Positions 51,060-61,740 are shown, counted from the first letter of the stretch. The stretch: DNA of 64,000 nt from an uncultured Actinomycetota bacterium (GCA_963835085.1 CAWIED010000002.1:254603-318602), one strand, 5' to 3'. Translations and numbers: made by a program. Notes: a model not told the origin generated them from the letters alone.

Positions 51060-52205
51060 CTAGCTGACCGCGTTGGCCCAGTTGGCGGCCAGGTAGGACT
51101 TCGCCTTGGCGTTCTCGTCTTCCGTGGGGATGACGGGCTTGCCGGTGATAGCGGGCAGGAGGTCGGCGTACTGCTTGTCTGCCGTGCCGGCCTTCGTCAT
51201 CGCTTCGAGCCGCACCGGACGCGCTCCGCCCTTGAGCCACAGGTTCTGGCCCGCGTCGGAGTAAAGGAACTCCTCCCAAAGCCGTGCGGCGGCCGGATGC
51301 GGGGCGTCAGCGTTGACGGCCTGCACGTAGTAGCCACCGAGGGTGGCGTTGGAGGGGACGTAGACCTTCCAGTCGATCTTGCCCTTGAGCTTGGCGGCCT
51401 GGGAGGCGTTCAGGTAGTCCCAGTCGAAGACGACAGGGGTCTGGCCCGATTCGATCGTGGCCGGCGTGGGGTCGACCGGCAGGAAGTTGCCGGCTGCCTT
51501 CAGTCGCTTGAAGAACTCGACGCCCTTGCTCACGTCGGCGGCCGTGCCGCCCTCGGCCAGCGAGACCATCTGCACACCGGCGAAGGCCGAGCCGGCCTTG
51601 GTGGGGTCTCCGTTCAGGGCGACTTTGCCCTTGAACTCAGGCTTGAGCAGGTCGTCCACGGAGTTGACGGCCGGCACCTTGGAGGCGTCGTAGCCGATGC
51701 TCATGTAGCCGCCGTAGTCGTTGACCCAGGTGCCGTTCGCGTCCTTGAGGTTGGCGGGGATGTCGGCGAACGTCGCGACCTTGTAGGGCGCGAACATCTT
51801 GGTGTTCGCAGCCGCCACAGTCGAGCCGAGGTCGAACACGTCGGGAGCGCCCGACTGGCCCTTGAGCCGGGTGGCCGCGGTGATCTCGTCGGCGCTGGAG
51901 GCGTCGGGCTGGGAGGAGGTGACCTTGATCTTGGGGTATTTGGCCTGGAAGGCGCTGATGATCTCGCCGTAGTTTGCCCAGTCGGGCGGCAGGGCGATGA
52001 CGTTGAGCGTGCCCTCCTTCTCGGCGGCGGCGACGAGCTTGTCCATGCCGCCGAAGGCCTCTGCCGACGTGGCGGTCTTGGCGTCGCCACCTGAGGAGCT
52101 GGCCGACGACGAACTGCTCGAGGGCGGGGAGCACGCGGCGGCTGCCAGGGCGGTGGCGGTGATGAGCGCGACGCCTGCGGCGCGCCTTGCGAGGGTAGAC
52201 CTCAC
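51060..52205 (-). CDS. ABC transporter substrate-binding lipoprotein (polyamine/AfuA-like)
   Basis: Lipobox LAAAAC, Ser linker, AEKEGTLNVIALPPDWANY. Confidence 0.9.
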   Translation of the reverse strand: MRSTLARRAAGVALITATALAAAACSPPSSSSSSASSSGGDAKTATSAEAFGGMDKLVAAAEKEGTLNVIALPPDWANYGEIISAFQAKYPKIKVTSSQPDASSADEITAATRLKGQSGAPDVFDLGSTVAAANTKMFAPYKVATFADIPANLKDANGTWVNDYGGYMSIGYDASKVPAVNSVDDLLKPEFKGKVALNGDPTKAGSAFAGVQMVSLAEGGTAADVSKGVEFFKRLKAAGNFLPVDPTPATIESGQTPVVFDWDYLNASQAAKLKGKIDWKVYVPSNATLGGYYVQAVNADAPHPAAARLWEEFLYSDAGQNLWLKGGARPVRLEAMTKAGTADKQYADLLPAITGKPVIPTEDENAKAKSYLAANWANAVS

Positions 52206-52491
52206 GGGACCTCCTGTTGCTGGCGACGAATGGCTCGCCGCGTGACCAAAATCCCCGGGTGGGGCTGGCTGCATGCTAGATCGCCGTTCGGCACTTGGCG
52301 ACAGTTACGTGACACCTGTGCAAATCGTTGTCAAGTGTTTGCCTGAGCGACGCTCTCGCCGCCCGTTCCGTGCTTTTCGTGGCCATCTCGTGGTCGGGGC
52401 CTGATTTTGTCCGCCAGGCTCTTTTCTAGGTTGCTGGTCTTCTGGCTCGGGCTGGTCTACCGGGGCCGGCTCCGGATGGGGGGCGAAGCGA

Positions 52492-53286
52492 TCAGGATGC
52501 GAGCCGGGCTTCGAGGATCTGCGCCACGCCGTCGTCCGCACAGGCCGGAGCCACGAGGTCAGCCGCGCGCAGCGCCGCGGGGTGCCCGTCGGCCATCGCC
52601 ACGCCCTCGCCCGCCCACCGCAGCATGGGGATGTCGTTGGGCTGGTCGCCGAAGGCGATCACGTCGGCGGCGGCGAAGCCCAGCCGCTCCACCAGGTACG
52701 CCAGGGTCACCGCCTTGCTCACCCCGGACGGCCCCAACTCGAGCAGGTTGTCCGCGGCATTGGAGTGGGTGGCCTCGACCAGTTCCCCCACCTGCGACCG
52801 GGCGATCCGGAGCAGATCGTCTCCCCGTCCGCCGGCCCGGATCAGTACCTTGATCACGCTGTCACCGGCCCGTTCGAGCAGCTCGGGCAGAGTGGCCCGA
52901 AGCCGGTGGTCGTCGTCGTTGTGCACCGCCCGGTAGCCGGGCTCGCGCAGGTAGCCGGTGGTGGTCTCCAGGGCCACGCTCACCTCGGGCAGGTGCTGGC
53001 GCAGCGTGTCGACGGTGCGCAGCACGACGTCGGTCGGGATCGTCCACGACTGGTGGAGTTCGTGGGTGGCGCAGTCGTAGACGGCCGCGCCGTTGGCGCA
53101 GATGGCCAGGCCGCGGATGCCGGTGGCGGTGATGGCGTCGGGCAGCCACCGGGGTGGACGTCCCGTCACGATCGCCACAGGAATGCCCGCTCGCTCGCAC
53201 GCGCGCAGCGCCTCGACCGTACGGGCGCTCACCGTGAGGTCGGGCCGCACGATGGTGCCGTCGAGATCGGTCGCGACGAACTGCAC
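52492..53286 (-). CDS. Cof-type HAD hydrolase
   Basis: ATDLDGT, TGR, SKA, GDQPND. Confidence 0.92.
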   Translation of the reverse strand: MQFVATDLDGTIVRPDLTVSARTVEALRACERAGIPVAIVTGRPPRWLPDAITATGIRGLAICANGAAVYDCATHELHQSWTIPTDVVLRTVDTLRQHLPEVSVALETTTGYLREPGYRAVHNDDDHRLRATLPELLERAGDSVIKVLIRAGGRGDDLLRIARSQVGELVEATHSNAADNLLELGPSGVSKAVTLAYLVERLGFAAADVIAFGDQPNDIPMLRWAGEGVAMADGHPAALRAADLVAPACADDGVAQILEARLAS

Positions 53287-53314
53287 AGGTCAATCCTCAC
53301 ACGCTGGGTCCGGC

Positions 53315-53389
53315 GAGGTAGTGCCGACAGGTCCTAGAGGTAGTGACGGACAGGTCTTATAGGTACTGGCAGGTCTTATAGGTACTGGC
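53315..53389. repeat. Tandem copies of the bpa 3' end
   Basis: CAGGTCTTATAGGTACTGG twice (53351, 53370) plus two diverged GAGGTAGTG..GACAGGTC copies. Confidence 0.75.
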
Positions 53390-54041
53390 CCGTCCCCTGG
53401 CCGCCTGGGTTCTCTACGTGGCCGACGGGAGCCTCCGGCGCACTTGACGGACCGCCAGGCAGGGCGCGCCGCATCTGCGCGATCTGTTGCTGGGCGGCCA
53501 TCTGCTGGGCGACCAGCGCCGTCTGAATGCCGTGGAACAACCCCTCGAGCCAGCCGACGAGCTGCGCCTGCGCGATCCGCAGTTCCGCGTCGGATGGCGT
53601 CTCCCCGTCGTCGAAGGGCAGAGTGATCCGATGCAGCTCCTGCACCAGTTCCGGCGAAAGGCCCTCCTCGAGCTCGGTCAAGGAGCGTTCGTGCACCTCG
53701 GCCAGCCGGGCCCGGCCCTTGTCGTCGAGGGGCGCGCTACGCACCTCTTCCAAGAGCTGCTTGATCATGTTGCCGATCCGCATGACCTTGGCCGGCTGAC
53801 CGACCAGGTCGAGCGGGTTCGTCTCGTGGCCGCCGGACACACCCATCCCATCTCCTGAGACCACCACCATGGGCTCGCTCTCGTCGTTCGTTCCGTCGGT
53901 GTTGCCAAGTCCCGCTGATCCGGGAGAATTGCCGGGTCGCGATTCACCGAGTCGTGAGTGGGACGGCACTGACCCCGCCGGTCCGGAGTTGCCGGGAGCC
54001 GGCGTACGTCGGTTGTCGGTGCTGTCGGGCTGCTCGCTCAT
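53376..54041 (-). CDS. bpa: Bacterial proteasome activator Bpa/PafE
   Basis: QPAKVMRIG.MIKQLLEEV, ELRIAQAQLVGWLEGLFHGIQ, C-terminal GQYL. Confidence 0.95.
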   Translation of the reverse strand: MSEQPDSTDNRRTPAPGNSGPAGSVPSHSRLGESRPGNSPGSAGLGNTDGTNDESEPMVVVSGDGMGVSGGHETNPLDLVGQPAKVMRIGNMIKQLLEEVRSAPLDDKGRARLAEVHERSLTELEEGLSPELVQELHRITLPFDDGETPSDAELRIAQAQLVGWLEGLFHGIQTALVAQQMAAQQQIAQMRRALPGGPSSAPEAPVGHVENPGGQGTGQYL

Positions 54042-54139
54042 GTCCACCATCCTGCCTGCCGATGTTCAGGGTTGCTGCCTGGCGTCGCAGACTATGCCAA
54101 GCGCAGGGGGGCCATGCGCGGTGACGACATAGAGAGGAG

Positions 54140-56368
54140 GTGGGCTCGATCGACCGCACGGCCGGCTTTTCGCCTTTGCCTGTCTCACCCATCGCTGTCG
54201 CCCTGAGCAGCTTCGTCGTCGTGGTCGTCTCCGCGGCGTTTCGCAGCGTCATCGTCAACGAGATCATGTTCGACCTCTGCCTGGCCGTTGTCATCGTCAT
54301 CACCGCGCGATTGGGTCGCCAAGGCAGGCTGCCTGACGCCGTCTCCGGTGTGATCCTGCCGGTGGCACTCAGCCTCTGGCTCGTCGGACACCTTGCTGAG
54401 ACCTACCAGGTGATCCGCTTCCGCGCGCCGAAGCCCGTCTCACCCTCCGACATCGCCTTCTCCTTGGCACTCGTGGGCCTGGGGTTCATCGCCTCGCGAC
54501 TGTGGGTGCGCACCGCCACCTATTCCGACCGCGGCGCCTTGCTGCGCACCGGCCTCGACACCCTGCTGTGCTCAGCGGGCATCTTTGTTGTCTACTGGAT
54601 CGTCTTCGTGCCCTGGGTGGCCCGTCCGGATGCCTCTATGGAGGGGCTGCTGCTGTCGGGGGTCTACGCGTTCTTCAGTTCCACGGTGGCCGCGTCGCAG
54701 GTGACGCGGGCCTGGCAACGCCGCGATGCGGGAAGCTGGAGTCTGGCCGCCGCGGCCCTCCTGGCGGTGACCGGAGTGCTCATCTGGACCGTCGCCAAGT
54801 TCGGCCCCGATCTGCGCTCGCTCGGCGTCATGTTCATGACCCTGGGCGTGCTGGTGCTGCCGATGGCCATCGCGCACCCGGCCCATCACCGACTCGTGGT
54901 GGTGCAGGAGATCGGCGAGCGCGACCGGATGGGATCCCTCGCGCTGCATCTCGCGTGCTGGGCCGTGGCCTATCTGTCCATGGTCGGGCACCGGGTGACC
55001 GTGGGCGCCGTGGTGATGGCGCTCAGCTCCATCGTCTTGATCTACCTACGAGTCTTCTTGGTCCGTAGCTCCGAGCAGCGACTCGTCCAGCGGCTGCGGG
55101 TGCTGGCCTTCACAGACCCCCTCACCGGCATCGGCAACCGGCGCTCGCTGCTCAGCCTGCTCGAGCGGCTTGGCGAGGGCTGGTTGATCACCATCGACCT
55201 CGACGGCTTCAAAGAGGTCAACGACGAATACGGCCATGACGCAGGCGACGAGGTGCTCCGCGGCTTCGTCGAGCGCACCCAGGCGGCGCTGCCGTCCGAT
55301 GCTCACCTGGCCCGAATCGGCGGCGACGAGTTCGGCGTGCTCTTCACCGGCGATCGCGGCGATGCGGTGCAGTTGGGGGAGCGCATCGTCGAAGTGGCCC
55401 GCGACCCGCATTACGCCCGACTCACTGCGAGCGTCGGCCTCACCTGGCACGCCAGCGGCGCCGATCCCAACAAGACCGTTCGCGACAGCGACATCGCCAT
55501 GCAGGAGGCCAAGCGCGCCGGCAAGAACCGGCTCGCCGTGCTCACCACAGCCATGGTCGACAACCGCCTGCGAGACCTTCGGGTGGGTGCGCGACTGGCC
55601 AACAGTCTTGGCGACCTCACGGTGGTCTATCAGCCGATCGTGGCGCTGTCGCCGGGCTACCCGCTGGTGGCAGTGGAGGCCCTCGCTCGCTGGAACCATC
55701 CCGAGCTCGGGCCGGTCTCACCCGCGGAGTTCATCCCGATCGCCGAGCAGCAGGGAATGGTGGGCGAGGTCGGGCGGGTGGTGCTGGCCAAGGCGATGGC
55801 CCAGCTCAAGACCTGGCTCGACGAGGGCCGGCCCCGCCAGATGAGCCTGAACGTCTCGTGGCTGCAGTTGCGCACTCCGGCCACGGTGGAAAGCCTGGCC
55901 GACGTGATCCGGCAGGAGCCCCGGGCGGCCGAATGGCTCGTGCTCGAGGTCACTGAGACCGTCTTCACCGAGGACGAAGGGGCGGTCGTCGCCATCCAGA
56001 TGCTGCGCGACCTCGGGGTCTGTATCGCGGTGGACGACTTCGGCACCGGAGCCTCGAACCTGCGTCGGTTGCGTTCGTTCCCTATCGACGTGCTCAAGAT
56101 CGACCGATCATTGCTGGAGGGTCTCGGCCGGGACTCGGCTGCCGAGGCCGTGCTGTCGATGGTCAGCCGGTTGGGTGAGGCGCTCGGCATGGCCGTGATC
56201 GCCGAGGGCGTCGAGACCGCCGCCACCGCCCGCACGCTGGGTCAGCTCGGGGTGACCGCGGCGCAGGGCTACCTGTTCGCCAAACCCATGCCCGCCGATC
56301 AAGTGCCCGCACCCATCCAGCTGCCGCAGCCTTGGCTGGGGCGGCGCTCGCGGGCGTCGAAACCGTAG
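54140..56368 (+). CDS. Membrane-bound diguanylate cyclase/phosphodiesterase (GGDEF-EAL)
   Basis: Multiple TM helices; DLDGFK..GHDAGD, GGDEF; EAL, DDFGTG, KIDRS, AEGVE, QGY. Confidence 0.93.
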   Translation: MGSIDRTAGFSPLPVSPIAVALSSFVVVVVSAAFRSVIVNEIMFDLCLAVVIVITARLGRQGRLPDAVSGVILPVALSLWLVGHLAETYQVIRFRAPKPVSPSDIAFSLALVGLGFIASRLWVRTATYSDRGALLRTGLDTLLCSAGIFVVYWIVFVPWVARPDASMEGLLLSGVYAFFSSTVAASQVTRAWQRRDAGSWSLAAAALLAVTGVLIWTVAKFGPDLRSLGVMFMTLGVLVLPMAIAHPAHHRLVVVQEIGERDRMGSLALHLACWAVAYLSMVGHRVTVGAVVMALSSIVLIYLRVFLVRSSEQRLVQRLRVLAFTDPLTGIGNRRSLLSLLERLGEGWLITIDLDGFKEVNDEYGHDAGDEVLRGFVERTQAALPSDAHLARIGGDEFGVLFTGDRGDAVQLGERIVEVARDPHYARLTASVGLTWHASGADPNKTVRDSDIAMQEAKRAGKNRLAVLTTAMVDNRLRDLRVGARLANSLGDLTVVYQPIVALSPGYPLVAVEALARWNHPELGPVSPAEFIPIAEQQGMVGEVGRVVLAKAMAQLKTWLDEGRPRQMSLNVSWLQLRTPATVESLADVIRQEPRAAEWLVLEVTETVFTEDEGAVVAIQMLRDLGVCIAVDDFGTGASNLRRLRSFPIDVLKIDRSLLEGLGRDSAAEAVLSMVSRLGEALGMAVIAEGVETAATARTLGQLGVTAAQGYLFAKPMPADQVPAPIQLPQPWLGRRSRASKP

Positions 56369-56415
56369 CTTGCGCCAGGTGTGCACCCGGTCGGGTGCTC
56401 CTCACCGCCTTCGTG

Positions 56416-56504
56416 TGTCCTTTATCCGACACGATTAGCAGCCAGCCGCGTCCGCTGAGCACAAAATCCGAGGCGGCCGCGCCAATCGTGTCGGATAAAG
56501 GACA
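56416..56504. repeat. 89-bp palindromic REP/MITE-like element, copy 2
   Basis: TGTCCTTTATCCGACACGATT...AATCGTGTCGGATAAAGGACA. Confidence 0.85.
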
Positions 56505-56569
56505 TCGGCTGGGTCTTGATCAGCACCGAGATGCTCTGGGACGGGCCGCGCTGATCCGAGATCCGAGCG

Positions 56570-59500
56570 CTACGACCGTTTGTGGTGCTTGCCGCCGTTC
56601 GGGGTGAACACCTTGAGCAGCTTGGACGACGGGACGCCGAGCCCGGTGCAGGCGTCCCAGCCGGGCCCGGCAGAGAAGGCTCCGTTGTTCCCCGAGGTGA
56701 TATCGCGGAATCCCGGCGAGGTCTTGCCAACCTTGGCGCCCTGATACAGCAGCGGCTGGGCCAGGCCAGCCCGGGTGCCCGTCTTCTGCGCCAGGCGTGC
56801 CAGCAACCCGGCCCACAGCGGTGCCACCGCGCTCGTGCCGCCGTAGACCATGTCCTTGCCGTCGACGTGCACCTTGTACCCGGTCTCGGGGTCGGCGTCG
56901 CCCGCCACGTCGGGAACGCCTCGGCCTCCCGCCGCACTGGGTGCAGCCGGAACCCCCACTCCCTGCTGCCAATTCGGCAACGGAAAGACGTCACTGACAC
57001 CGCCGCCGGTAGCCCCACCGGTGCCGCCGTCGTTCCAGACCGTCTCGGTGGGCTTCTTGCCGCCCGACGTCAACGCCGTACCTCCGCACGCCAGCACGTG
57101 CGGACTTGAGGCGGGGAAGTCGACGTGCTGGCCCGATCCACTCGTGTCGCTGTCGCCTGAGCCGTTGTCACCGGCGGCGGCGGTGACAGTGATCCCCAAG
57201 GCGCAGGCGTCGGCGAAGGCGGCGTCCATGGCCGTTCGGGACTGCCCTGTCCACTGGTCTTCGCTCTGCCCCCAGCTGATGCTGATCGCCACCGGCGTTG
57301 GGGTGGCGTGGGCCGCCTGGGCCACCGCGTCGAGAAAACCGGCGTCCGTGTTCGGGCCGAAGTAGACGACCTGGTGGGCGGCGGGAGCTATGCCACCGGC
57401 CACCTCAATGTCGAGCAGCACCTCACCGTCTGCCCCCGTGGGGTCTTGGCCGGGCGTGTTCGTGGCGCCGTCGACACCCACGGCGCTCACTGTCGGCACC
57501 GGCAGGCTCAGTTGCCCGAAGTAGGCCACCAGATCCGACTGCGCGAAGCCACCGCCCAGTTCGATGATGGCAATGGTCTGTCCGGTGCCGTCAGCATCGG
57601 GCATCCCGTAGATCTTGGCGAGCTGTGGTGGGGTGTAACTCTTTGCGGCAGAGGCCTTCGCGGCCACGACGTGCCGGGTCCGGGCGGCGGGCCGGTTGTC
57701 GAGGCCCAGCACCGCCGTGACGATGCCGTCGAGCGCTGCAGGCACCGACAGTGTTCCGGTGCGCGTCCTGAACTTTCCCGAGGGGCCATGGGCCTGTTGC
57801 AGACTGGTGCCGAACAACGCGCTCAGGGCGCTGACGCTGCCCCGGGCGCGCACCGTTCGCGCGGCCGCGTCGAGGGCCACCACCTGCACGTCTGCCCCGG
57901 CGAGCACGTGCTCCACCGTGGCCAGGTCGTGAGGCGCGGCACCGTAACGAGCTGCAAGCTCTGCCGACGTCAAGGGCGTTGACAGGTCGCCCTCCTCTGG
58001 GAGCGGCTGGCGACGACGCAGCACGATCGTCACCTCGATCTGAGTCTCGGGGTCGACCGGGGCGGCGGCCGCGACCGTCTCCGCACCGATGGCCTCTCGC
58101 TCGCTGCCGGGCAGCAGCGTGCGGCGAGCTTCGACGGCCCCGGGCTGGGAGGGTGTGGCCGAAGGCTTCTTGTCGTCCGCAGGCATGGTTCCTCCAGAGG
58201 TGTGGGCAGGGTCCGGATAGAGATGGGTCGGATCGATGCTGTCGGCTGGTGCCTTCAGCGGTTCGCTGGCGGCGTCGATGTACGCCTGAGCCTCGGAATT
58301 GGTCGCCAGGACCGGCGGTTGCGGTTCGCCGCTGGCATAGGCCGCGAGCTCGGCCTGGACGAGTTGCAGGTGCGACACCTGCTGAGCCAGGGCCGCTGGA
58401 ATCTTGGGCGGGGCGGGGGGACTGACATCAGCGAGCGGGTCGTCGGTGCGGGCAGTCGGCAGCGTCAATACCGGGCCCACGTCGGGAGCGGCGGCGTCGC
58501 GGGCGGTCAGAGCCGTTATGCCCCAACGGCGTTCGACGGTAGCGAGGATGCTCGTGTGATCGAACGGCACGTCGGTCCCCGAACACAGCACTGTGCCGGC
58601 GGCGATGAGCGGACTCACCAGCACGGTGGGCACCCGAACCCCGAAGCGGGTGAAGTCGAAGCCGAACTCGCCCACCGAAGCGTCGGGCGGCGTGGCACCC
58701 CAGGGCGGGCTCACGTGGTCGTAGCAGCCGCCGTGCTCGTCGTAGGTGATGATCAGCAGCGTCGAGTCCCAGCCCGGCCCCGAGCGCAGGGCGCGGTAGG
58801 TGTCGAGCAAGAGCTGCTCGCCGAGCGCGACGTTGTAATTGGGATGCTGGCTGTTGCCGGTGGAGCTCCAGCTCGGCTCCAGGAATGAGTACGCGGGCAA
58901 CCGCCCGGCGGTGGCGTCGGCCTTGAAGTCGGGGAAGCGTCCGAAGTGGTCGGCCGAGGCCTGGGACGTATCCGGGAAATCGAGCTTGGTCAGCGGTTGG
59001 GCGTTGTAGCCGTAGATCTTCCAGGTCACCCCGGCGCCCGACAGGGCTCCGAAGATCGAGGGTGCGGTGAACACCTTGGTGACGTCGTCGAGATGCCCCT
59101 GACTCGTCCCTGCGCAGACGAAGGCGCGATTGGGCATGGTCATCGTGGGAGCAGAGCAGAACCAGCGGTCGCTGACCGCGTAGCCCTTCGCCAGCGCGGA
59201 GAGCACTGGCAGCGCCTCGGGCGTGTAACACCCCATGATCCACTCCGGGACGGTGCCGGGCACGACGTACCACTTGCGCTTCTTGTTCGTGGCGATGGCG
59301 GTGACGTAGTCGGTGACGAATCCCTGCATCGGGGCCGTTGCCCCGTGCGGGGGAGCGGTGGTCGAGCCGTACAACTGGTTGTTGGTGGCGGCGTAACCCT
59401 CGCCCGGGTCGGCTCCCGGCATGAAGTACGCGTTCGGTGTGCTCGCAGTGATCGGGAAGACGGATACCGGCTTACCGTCAGCCCCCGGGCAGCTCTCTGT

Positions 59501-59641
59501 GCCGGTCAGGCCGTCGAAGGGCTGCCCTGTTGGGGAGACGTTGTGCGAATCGGAGTAGAGGTAGCCGAGCATGTGGTCGAGGGAACGATTTTCGAGCATC
59601 AACACGACGAGGTGATCGATCGCTGCGAGCTGGTTCGCCAT
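56570..59641 (-). CDS. Phosphoesterase (phospholipase C / AcpA family) fused in frame to an S53 sedolisin/kumamolisin protease; internal start at 58186
   Basis: IDHLVVLMLENRSLDH, TMPNR, TYDEHGG.YDHV, FDHTS; then pro-domain, EVLLD, AGDNG, GGTSAVAP, GWDACTGLG. Confidence 0.85.
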   Translation of the reverse strand: MANQLAAIDHLVVLMLENRSLDHMLGYLYSDSHNVSPTGQPFDGLTGTESCPGADGKPVSVFPITASTPNAYFMPGADPGEGYAATNNQLYGSTTAPPHGATAPMQGFVTDYVTAIATNKKRKWYVVPGTVPEWIMGCYTPEALPVLSALAKGYAVSDRWFCSAPTMTMPNRAFVCAGTSQGHLDDVTKVFTAPSIFGALSGAGVTWKIYGYNAQPLTKLDFPDTSQASADHFGRFPDFKADATAGRLPAYSFLEPSWSSTGNSQHPNYNVALGEQLLLDTYRALRSGPGWDSTLLIITYDEHGGCYDHVSPPWGATPPDASVGEFGFDFTRFGVRVPTVLVSPLIAAGTVLCSGTDVPFDHTSILATVERRWGITALTARDAAAPDVGPVLTLPTARTDDPLADVSPPAPPKIPAALAQQVSHLQLVQAELAAYASGEPQPPVLATNSEAQAYIDAASEPLKAPADSIDPTHLYPDPAHTSGGTMPADDKKPSATPSQPGAVEARRTLLPGSEREAIGAETVAAAAPVDPETQIEVTIVLRRRQPLPEEGDLSTPLTSAELAARYGAAPHDLATVEHVLAGADVQVVALDAAARTVRARGSVSALSALFGTSLQQAHGPSGKFRTRTGTLSVPAALDGIVTAVLGLDNRPAARTRHVVAAKASAAKSYTPPQLAKIYGMPDADGTGQTIAIIELGGGFAQSDLVAYFGQLSLPVPTVSAVGVDGATNTPGQDPTGADGEVLLDIEVAGGIAPAAHQVVYFGPNTDAGFLDAVAQAAHATPTPVAISISWGQSEDQWTGQSRTAMDAAFADACALGITVTAAAGDNGSGDSDTSGSGQHVDFPASSPHVLACGGTALTSGGKKPTETVWNDGGTGGATGGGVSDVFPLPNWQQGVGVPAAPSAAGGRGVPDVAGDADPETGYKVHVDGKDMVYGGTSAVAPLWAGLLARLAQKTGTRAGLAQPLLYQGAKVGKTSPGFRDITSGNNGAFSAGPGWDACTGLGVPSSKLLKVFTPNGGKHHKRS

Positions 59642-59861
59642 CTGGCACCTCCGCTGTCGTGCAACGGGTCCGACCCTGGGCTCCGGTGAGCGAAGCCCGC
59701 CTGTCACGTCACCCACGGTGGCAACGCGCCAGATATACCGACCATAGCGAGCATGCTCGAATTCGACGCGTTATGCGCGTTCAGATCTGGGGCGAAACCC
59801 GCGTCGCTGACCTCGGTGAAAATCACTAGGCCCTGTGACAGAGGCATGCGACAGTCGGGTG

Positions 59862-60763
59862 GTGAACGATGAAGACGCGCAGGCCAGACTCGCGTGGAAG
59901 CAGGCCCTTGCCGCGTCGCCGATCGCGTGGGAGACGGACACCGACGAGGCATGGGATGGCATCTGGAAGCTCATCCACGCCCTACGCACCCTAGGCCGAG
60001 AGACCTTGCTCGACGATCTGCTCGCCTCGCTTGCGTCGCGGGAGCCGTGGGAACGAATGCTCGGCGCCAGGGTGTTGGCCGAATACGGCTATGAGCAGGG
60101 CCGTCCCTTCGCCCGACGGGTGACCCCCCATCTGGTCGCTGCTGCCAGCACCGAGTCGGATGCCGACGTCCGTGCAAGTCTCGTGATGGCCATCGGATGG
60201 TGCGAGGACGCCTCGTGGGCGCCTGAGCTTCGCGCCTACGCCAGCGACCCGTCTCCCGACGTACGGTTCGAGGTCGCTTGCTGTCTACCGTACGTCTTTG
60301 CCGGCGAAGACATGGACCCCCCGAGCATCGCCACCCTGATCCACCTGACCACCGACGACGACCCCCGCGTCCGCGATTGGGCCACCTTCGCCCTCGGCAC
60401 CCAGAGCGACCTCGACACACCTGACATCCGCGCGGCGCTGCGGGCGCGTCTCGACGATGAAGAGCGTGACGAGGAGATCGTCACCGACGCGGAGGCTCTG
60501 GTCGGTCTCGCGAAACGCCATGACCCGGTTGTGCTCCCCTACCTGCGCACATTGCTTACGGCGGGGCCGGACGTGGTGGGCAATCTGACGATCGAGGCTG
60601 CAGGCCTCTACGGCGACCGGGGTTCCTGCCACGACTGGTGGAGCTGCAGCAGGCCGGCTGGGCTGACGACGACCTCCGTTCGTATGTGATCGACAGGGCC
60701 ATCGAGGAACTTCGATCCGCCGCGAACGGAGCGACAGCCGATCCGAAGCACAAGAACGACTAG
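59862..60763 (+). CDS. HEAT/PBS-lyase repeat protein, probable frameshift near 60620
   Basis: Repeats DVRASLV.A.G, DVRFEVA, VRDWATFALG; another frame continues FLPRLVELQQAGW.. to TAG at 60763; start approximate. Confidence 0.75.
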
Positions 60764-61740
60764 CCGACCCGCAGCAGAAGTTTGCCTACATGGGTGGAGT
60801 CGGCCAGGTGCTGGTGAGCGGCAGCGGCTTCGCCGAGGGGGTACCAGGTGTCGATGATCGGCCTGACCGTGCCGTCGGCCACCAGCGGCCACACGTACTG
60901 CCGCACCTGAGCCACGATGGCCGCCTTCTCGTGCAGTGGCCGGGCCCGCAGAGAGGTGGCCATGACGGCCGCCCGCCTGCCCATCAGAGTCGCGAGGTTG
61001 AGTTCGGCCTTGGTGCCGCCCAGCAGCCCGATCACCACGAGCCGTCCGCCGATGGCGAGGGCCTCTACGTTGCGGGCCAGATACTTGGCTCCGACCACGT
61101 CGAGAATCACGTCGGCGCCGGCGCCGTCGGTAGCCTGCTGGAGAGCCTCGACGAAGTCTGACTCGCGGTAGTTGATCGCGATGTCGGCGCCCAGCTCGCG
61201 ACACGCCTGCAGCTTGGCCGGCGAACCGGCCGTCACCGCCACCCGGGCGCCCAGGGCCTTCGCGAGCTGGATCGCCATGGTGCCGATACCGCTCGAACCG
61301 CCGTGGATGAGGATCGTCTCGCCAGGTTGCAGGCCGGCAGCCATGAACACGTTGGACCACACCGTGCAGGCCACCTCGGGCAGCGCGGCCGCCTCGGCCA
61401 AGCCCACCCCGGCCGGGATCGGGAGGAGCTGGGCCGCCGGCACCGCCACCAACTCGGCGTACCCGCCACCACTGAGCAGCGCGCACACCTCATCGCCCAG
61501 CTGCCAGCCGTCGACTCCCTCACCGAGAGCCACGATGCGCCCCGAGCACTCCAGGCCCGGCCACTCCGGAGCCCCGGGTGGCGGTGGGTAGTACCCCTGG
61601 CGCTGCTGCAGGTCGGCTCGATTGACACCCGCGGCCGCCACCTGCACCAGCACCTGACCCGGGCCGGCCTGGGCATCGGGTACGTCTGAGAGGGTGAGAA
61701 CTTCGGGCCCACCCGGAGTGCTGATCGTGACGGCCTTCAT
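60760..61740 (-). CDS. NAD(P)H-quinone oxidoreductase (PIG3-like MDR)
   Basis: GGPEVL, GVNRADL.QR.G.Y, HGGSSGIG. Confidence 0.93.
   Translation of the reverse strand: MKAVTISTPGGPEVLTLSDVPDAQAGPGQVLVQVAAAGVNRADLQQRQGYYPPPPGAPEWPGLECSGRIVALGEGVDGWQLGDEVCALLSGGGYAELVAVPAAQLLPIPAGVGLAEAAALPEVACTVWSNVFMAAGLQPGETILIHGGSSGIGTMAIQLAKALGARVAVTAGSPAKLQACRELGADIAINYRESDFVEALQQATDGAGADVILDVVGAKYLARNVEALAIGGRLVVIGLLGGTKAELNLATLMGRRAAVMATSLRARPLHEKAAIVAQVRQYVWPLVADGTVRPIIDTWYPLGEAAAAHQHLADSTHVGKLLLRVG

Noticed and set aside
16030-60625. Frameshifts near 16036, 39394 and 60620 as programmed or phase-variable switches
   Set aside because: Each is a one-base change in a 3-4 nt G/C run; sequencing error or neutral decay is the simpler explanation.
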